A model generated the notes under the pieces. That model was not told the origin of the DNA, ran no database searches, and worked only from the letters and a program-made list of their open reading frames with translations. From Eledone cirrhosa (Eukaryota), in NCBI GenBank assembly GCA_964016885.1, contig OZ024755.1, positions 40,114,001 to 40,178,000 on the forward strand: a stretch of DNA of 64,000 nucleotides, in the 5' to 3' direction. How positions within the stretch are numbered: position 1 is the first letter of the stretch; every line of letters begins with the position of its first letter. A program made the position numbers and the translations under genes. Positions 56,866 to 64,000 of this stretch are shown here, piece after piece.

Positions 56866-57121
56866 GGAGGTGAGTTTTATTGTAGTACAATAAAGCAATG
56901 CAGATATCGGATAAGAAGCACTCTACAGTTTGTAGGACTGGAGTATACATAATATATGATATGTTGATTTAAAACTGAACTATCCACAAGTGCTTTTTAA
57001 CCTTCATATCATGTCCTCCTCTTTTATCTGATGAAAACACAAATATTATTGCATGATGATATTTGTTTTTGAAATGCGCATAATAAAATACATGGAACTC
57101 CTTTAACCATCTTTTGTTCTT
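56862..57121. mobile_element. F1 pLTR ends (inverted tail plus sense copy); hammerhead at 57022-57088 (+)
   Basis: Homology to F1. Confidence 0.8.
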
Positions 57122-57142
57122 ATATATATATATATATATATA

Positions 57143-58076
57143 CTAGCAGTAAAGCCCGGCGTTGCTCGGGGTCGCTCAGTAGCTGTGTTAAAGTTACAAT
57201 GTTAAGTTTCTTTCTTGGCTTAAAAACTGTAGTGTCTACTGTGCAGACTTGCATGTGGTGTTTTTGATTAATATTCCCTCAACCAACAATATGCCTTATG
57301 AAGTTAAGAAAACATAACGATAACCCGAATGTTATAACAAAAGAGGATGCTGGGGATAGAAACTGCACTGGTTATTTATTAACAAAGATCGAAAATGTAA
57401 ACATTGCAACGCAGAGAAAAACATTAGCGTAACCAAATTATCAGTTATGTCTGTCTGCACGCCTATATCACCTCTCTGCACGACTGTCTGTCTGCACGCC
57501 TATATCACCTCTCTGCACGACTATCTGTCTGCACGCCTATATCACCTCTCTGCACGACTGTCTGTCTGCACGCCTATATCACCTCTCTGCACGACTGTAT
57601 GTCTGCACGCGTATATCACCTCTCTGCACGACTGTCTGTCTGCACGCCTAACGACGAAATATTTGCTTGGTTTATGTAGTCTTTAAATAGACTTGTTTTC
57701 AAGTAAAAATATTGTTTTAAAATGCTTTTAAATGGAAATGAAGCAAAACAGAAGCTTAGTGTTCGAACTGATGAATGTTGCAGGTCAATGTTTTGCTGGC
57801 TCGACAACTGTTAAAGCCAGCGTAATTTTTTACGTAAGACGCTCAATGTAAACAGAACAAAGGGAAATAACTGATAACTTACGCTCAAAAATCGATACAT
57901 TATATTCGATTTCGTCACATAGGGTGGGTCAATTTGAAATTTTTTTTTTCGATGTCTTCGCTAGGGCTCAATGTACATGTATAGCAATTTCGGTGCAATT
58001 CCGTCAGAGATTCTAAGAGGAGATGTGTGCCAAAAATCGATAGACAGACAGACAACCACAGTTTTATATATATAGA
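57143..58076 (-). mobile_element. Non-autonomous Helitron with an internal 37-bp tandem repeat (57448-57648)
   Basis: Minus strand: A|TCTATATATATAAAA..gtctgtctgtc start; cccgagcaacgccggg hairpin and CTAG|T end. Confidence 0.8.
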
Positions 58077-58406
58077 TATATAATTATAAGTTTGAAGAAT
58101 AGTCTGACAAAATTTATCTAATTCTTTCTTCTTAGTCGGTAGAAATCAACAGATAAATAATCATTTAACTGGAGCTAAGTTTAAAATATAACTTTGAAGA
58201 AATAACAGATAAATGTTACCGACTTTCCTTTATGAGGAACAGTCAGATAAAATTTACCTAGTCTTTCCTCTTAGTCTGTAGAAATTAACTAGACAGATAG
58301 TTAAACGGAGCTAAGTTTAAAAATAGATAAACGTAAAAGTTCATAGTTTCACATCGAATCTATTTGAAAATTTAAAACACTGCTAACTATATCATATATA
58401 TATATA

Positions 58407-58490
<84 letters not shown>

Positions 58491-58522
58491 AGTGTGCATA
58501 CGTACACGCATATATATACAAA

Positions 58523-58571
<49 letters not shown>

Positions 58572-59094
58572 GAGAGTTATAAACTCAAACAGTCTTTTAC
58601 AATTAAATAGCTCAAAGAAAGAGATATTTCTGGGCCGTGTAATACAAATGAATATATGATAGGGATAAACACTAATAGAAGTATATAAGTGTTTGTATTG
58701 CAAATGACCAAGTTAGCTAGATTGAAAAATACTAATTAAATTAATACAGTTTGTCTGTCTCGATTTAAAATAATAAATCAATAAAAACAAACCTATATTG
58801 GCAATAGCCGTGATACCCGGACAAATTTAAATTTCAGAACTTAAATTTGTTTCGCAACAATTAAGTGAAAATTCCCATTCCTGTGCTCAACTGCGGGTAT
58901 CCAGAAATTGGTATGTTTCACTTCAAAATACTTAGGAAGACTGAGAGAAATGTGTTGTTGAACGCACATGTGTCCCAGCGTCTAGCCCGTCCTATACTCG
59001 TGCCGCTAGAAATAGCAGCCGGTTTTATGGGACTAAAAAATTATATATATATATATATACGTTTGTATACATGTGTGTACGTATGCATACTTAC

Positions 59095-59129
<35 letters not shown>

Positions 59130-59139
59130 AACTAACTAG

Positions 59140-59238
59140 TTTCTGTCTACTACCCATTTCCACTGACAAGGCTTGGGTTCAGCCGAAAACTTGCTCAATA
59201 TCGAACCTGGCACCTAATGATTGTGAAGCGAACGTCTT
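59140..59238 (-). mobile_element. Degenerate tRNA-derived SINE
   Basis: TGGTCGGATGGTT..GGTTCGATA, aagccttgtcagtggaaatgggtag. Confidence 0.45.
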
Positions 59239-59659
59239 AACCATCCGACCATGCTGCTGACACTTCTAAATATAAGAGGGAATCCTTGTAAGTGTGTACA
59301 GTTTTATCCTGGTTCTTTCTTCTACACTTTAGTTGTCTAAGGAGAGACGGTATTGAGTGTCATGAAGATGTATTCCCAAGACACCATTATCAATTAGTTT
59401 CCAAACAATCTGTCATATATCATTGAAAATATCGCAAAGTTAAATATATACTTTCCAACATATGATTAAAAGTATTTTCTCAAATACAAAATGAAAGACA
59501 ATTATTATGGCGTTCATCTAAGCCCGATGTCTCACTCTATCAATTATCTCTCTATATATTGGATATATACAGGATATCTATCTATATATAGGATATATAC
59601 AGGATATCTATCTATATATAGGATATATACAGGATATCTATCTATATATAGGATATATA

Positions 59660-60265
59660 GACTTTCCGTCCAGAGCCCATGGATAACTTCCAGAGGTCCC
59701 TGGCCTGGCAGTACTACCGAGGAGCTCTACCAGTTCGAGACAAAATCTACAGGCACGGACGCCCTGTCAGAGATCCTGCCAAAAGAAACTGTCCAAGATA
59801 CGAGCAGGACATCAAAACAGTTCTGCACGCAATTTTTCAGTGCCCAGGGGTGACCGACCTGTGGAATTATGTCTAACAGCTACTGTCACATGTCGGACGC
59901 AACCAGTTGTCAGCCCAGTCCTTCGTGAGGATCAACCCGCCGCCTTCATTTAAGAATGAAGGAGTGGCGGTTTTCCTCTTTCGGGTGGCTATGGCGAAAG
60001 AGGTAATATCGTGGACGAGGTTAAAAGGACTGAGGGCAAACACCTTTCTCTCCGGACAACAACTTATCCTCTTCTTTAAGTGTCACTTGAGAAGGAAGGT
60101 GAGAGTGGAGAGAGAGGTGCTACACCCCAGTAAATTCGCTGAAAGGTGGTTGAATGTGGCGAAAATGGCCCGAGTGAATGGGCCTTCTCTGTATATAAAC
60201 CTGTAGGTTGAGGAAGATAAACAGAGTTTGACAAACAGAGGAACACCTACAAAACGCTCTGTCAC

Positions 60266-60267
<2 letters not shown>
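59660..60267 (+). pseudogene. L1/Tx1-like LINE 3' fragment (zf-RVT-type region) ending at (TC)n
   Basis: YRGALPVRDK..CPR..TVLHAIFQCP..LW; (TC)n immediately 3'. Confidence 0.7.
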
Positions 60268-60313
<46 letters not shown>

Positions 60314-60497
60314 TATAACAAGTGCGTGCGCGCATACACATATACATAAATACACACACACATACACACACATACATGCATATATACATACGCACACATA
60401 CATAAATACACATATATAGATACACATATGTACATACATTCACAGATACAAGCGTACATACATACATATATGCATACAGACATACATATATACATAC

Positions 60498-63400
60498 GTC
60501 TACCTCGAATGCTGGGGAAAACACTATCGATAATAATAATAATCGAAGAAATAATAATAATAATGGAAGAAATTTGACACCACGTGTACCATCCGAGTCT
60601 ACCTCGGCTATTGTGGAAAATACTATCGAAAATGATAATAATCAAAAGTATAAACAATTGAAAATTTCCCTCAACGAAATTTTCCAGAGAGAAATTAATT
60701 CATGTATAAATATCTCTCTTGCAGAACTATTAAAACGACAATGTTTAATAATAAAAAAAAAAAAATAATGAAATATTACGTGTTATTGACGAAATAGGGG
60801 ATGAATATTTACGACGGATAAAATCCCCAACATTTTGGCAAATCAACGCCTGTTTATATGCCTTAGCAATCACAGTGAAGCATTATCTTGGTGATAACAG
60901 AGATATTAACAAGAACAAGAACAAAACAACACCAAAAATACCATCATATATAACTAAAATAGAAAAAAAGATTGCTGATCTACGAAAAAAACATAGGATA
61001 TGTGACAATGCTCCTTACATGCAAACAAACACAAAAAACCCCACTCCTCACCAACAAAGAGGGAAAAAATAAAATAGAGACGATGTTTGGTAACAGTAGA
61101 ACCAGAACTATTCAATATAAACTGATCACCCTCAAACAAGAATTGAGAGCTGTTAGCGAAAAACGCCGATACCTGAAGAAGGTAGATGAGAGAAAAGTGC
61201 TTAATAAAAGATTCAAACATCAGTCTATAGAGATATGAAGAACAAAATAATAATTGTCACTGAGGCCCCATCCCAGAAAGACATAGATTCCTTCTGTAGC
61301 AAAATATGGAGTGAAAAGAAGAATTTCAACCAAGATGCAGTGTGGCTAAGAGAAATCCGAAAGAACTATTGCTCCTACACTACAACAAAAACATACGAAA
61401 TAAGTGAGGGTACCCTTGAGACTGTGATAGGAAAACGCCAAGATAAGAAAACACCAGGAAAAGATTGTCGGCTATTGGTACAAAAAACTGATATTCTATC
61501 GGAGGTATCTGACCTCTACCAACAAGTTCTTAAGGGAGATACACTTATACAAGAATGGTTGACATTAACACAAACATTACTGGTCCCCAAGAACAAAGAC
61601 ATCCATTTGGCAAAAAACTACCGACCCATTGCATGCCAGAACCTGATGTATAAGATGTATACAGCCTGCCTGAACCTATTCCTCCAAGTTCACTGTGAAA
61701 ATAATATCATCATCACAGATGAACAAGCAGCTGGAAAGAAAGGGGTTTGGGGATGTGCTGAACAACTCCTAATCAACAAAACTGCGATGTCGGAGGTGTG
61801 ACAACTTAGGAGGAATATGGCTACAGTCTGGCTGGACTACAGGAAAGCTTTCGATTCTGTTCCCCACTCTTGGATGATAGAGGCCCCCCAACTTGCTAAA
61901 GTCCCAGACATTATTGTCAGAGCCATAGAGAGGCTGTCTTCTTCTTGGGCTACTATCCTAAGGTTAAAGACAGAGAGGGAGGATTCTATTTTCACTGATA
62001 AAATAAAATATTGCAGGGGTATATTTCAGGAGGACAGTCTCTCTGTGATATTACTCATCTTGTCATTAAACTCCTTGTCCTTTCTGCTCAAGAAATGTGA
62101 GGGATACATCATTGGCTCACAGGAGGACAGAAATACGAACCTAACCCATAATTTCTTTGTGGGTGATCTGAAACTCTATGCCAAGAACATGGATGGGATG
62201 AAGAAAAATCTTGACCTGGTTACAACGTTCTCAAAGGATATAGGAATGGAGTTTAGCCAAGATAAATGCTCATACATGACTGTAAAGCGGGGAAAAACAA
62301 CAACCCAATCTAGCAATATTGTCATCAATGGCCTAACTGTTTCATCGATATCTGATGAGGACTACTACAGATACCTGGGGATAGATGAGAACATATTCTA
62401 TAATGGTATCTGCAATAAGGAACGCATAACCAGGGAATACTACACCCGATTAAGAAAGATCTGGTCATCGGAACTCTCTGCGCAAAACAAAACAGTGGCG
62501 CACAATGTATTTTCAGTGTCTGTCCTAACACCAACGTTTGGAATGCTCAATTGGATGATAGACGAAATCCGAGCAGTTGATGATGGAGCTCGAAAAATAC
62601 TAAACAACACCGGAAACATCCACATCAACAGTGACATAGACCGCCCTTACTTGAAACGTAAGCAGGGAGGCAGAGGCCTAACATGAGTCCAGACAACATT
62701 TGAATGTCGCATCATATCTCTCCGACAACATATACGAACCTCGAAGCGTAGGAGTCCGTTTCTCGAGCAAGTCTATCTGCATGAAACAGATAAGATCATG
62801 GGAGTTGGGAAGGAACTCTTCGAGAGATATTCCCTGTGTGATAATCAAAAACTCACACCCAGGGAAGTCGCTCAACAGTATCGCAGTGAATCCATGGATG
62901 AAAAACTGCATACTTATCAGCAAAAAATCATGCATGGATATGTTGCCAGGAAGCTCCAGAGTGAGAGTAATATAGATAAGGAAAGTAGTCTATCTTGGAC
63001 CAACAACCGCTATATTGGTTCCCACTTTGAAGGATACGCTTTTGCAATCCAAGAACAGGAGATTAACACGAAATACCTGATTCACAAAAGAGATAGGGAT
63101 GCAGGCAAAATACCTAGATGTGATAACAAGTGCAGACTCTGCAGAACTAACATTGAGGATATCACCCATGTCATCAGCAGCTGTCCAAAGATGTCATCGC
63201 GGTACTATCTACCTATGAGGCATGATGTAGTGGCCAAAACACTGTACAATGCAGTTCGTAAAAAAGATAGCCCCGATAATAAACACATTAAAAGCTACAG
63301 CAATGTGGAAGACCTCCATGTACATAATATGAAAGAGTACTGGTGGAATGTTCCAGTAAAACCCCCAATAAAATGCAGGCATAACAGACCAGATATAATG

Positions 63401-63953
63401 ATATGGGACAGGGAGAAGAAAGCATGCACAGTAGTAGAAATTAGCTGCCCAGCAGATGCCAATATAATATCCAAGATTAGTGAAAAGGAGAATATTTAAG
63501 CAGAACTGATGAGAAATCTGCAGATACTCCACCCTGACTATACCTTCAGATTTATACCTGTGATTATTGGGGCACTGTGGTATGTTAGTAACTGCCTCAA
63601 TACAAATCTTGAGAAGCCAGGCTTCACAGGAACAGAAACAACACAACTAGTTAGGAAATTACAAGTACAATCCATTAATGGAACAGTAAAAATATGTAAA
63701 ACATTCCAAAAATGTTGTATCTAATAACTGCATATACATATGTACAGATGCAAAGCATATACACATGCACACATACAACTCAAAACATACACATCCACAC
63801 ATACAATAACATCCATATCTACACATGCAGACATGCATACATATCTACCTAGTTGATGTTGAGTAAATTCCAATGAGAGAGTCTTGTGTCTATGTTAGAA
63901 ACCGACTCTCTCTCTCTATTGGTAAAACTTTGTGAAATTATAAAACCAGAAGA
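60498..63953 (+). pseudogene. Near full-length degenerate R4/Dong-like non-LTR retrotransposon (RT, CCHC knuckle, restriction-like endonuclease)
   Basis: NYRPIAC, WLDYRKAFDSVPH, RGIFQEDSLS, FVGDLKLY, YRYLG, CRLC..EDITHVISSC, RHD, RPDI, VVEISCP; flanked by (CATA)n. Confidence 0.9.
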
Positions 63954-64000
63954 ACATACATAGATACATACATACATAGATAGATGGATACATACATACA

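Overview
Eukaryotic, AT-rich, repeat-saturated DNA with no recognisable host protein-coding gene. The SINE and MITE types and the (TA)n density suggest a coleoid cephalopod such as Octopus (inference). Long (TA)n/(TATG)n microsatellites host many 5'-truncated and inverted Penelope-like elements (PLEs). Most are Naiad-like (YRDD RT, CxCx5CPLx3C linker, GIY-YIG endonuclease), and their pseudo-LTRs carry about 25 type-I hammerhead ribozyme (HHR) motifs from about 11 unrelated sequence families. Also present: RTE, Tx1-like and R4/Dong-like (RT+RLE) LINE relics, tRNA-derived SINEs, a mariner relic, Helitron ends, MITEs, a ~1 kb HHR-bearing tandem array and a 72-bp minisatellite. The most notable observation is a pair of diverged ~100-nt motifs (817-919 and 29923-30026) with clear compensatory covariation. 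They contain all three hammerhead core strands in an order matching none of HHR types I, II or III, i.e. a candidate pseudoknotted, permuted hammerhead topology. All structures were read by eye; none was computed or tested.
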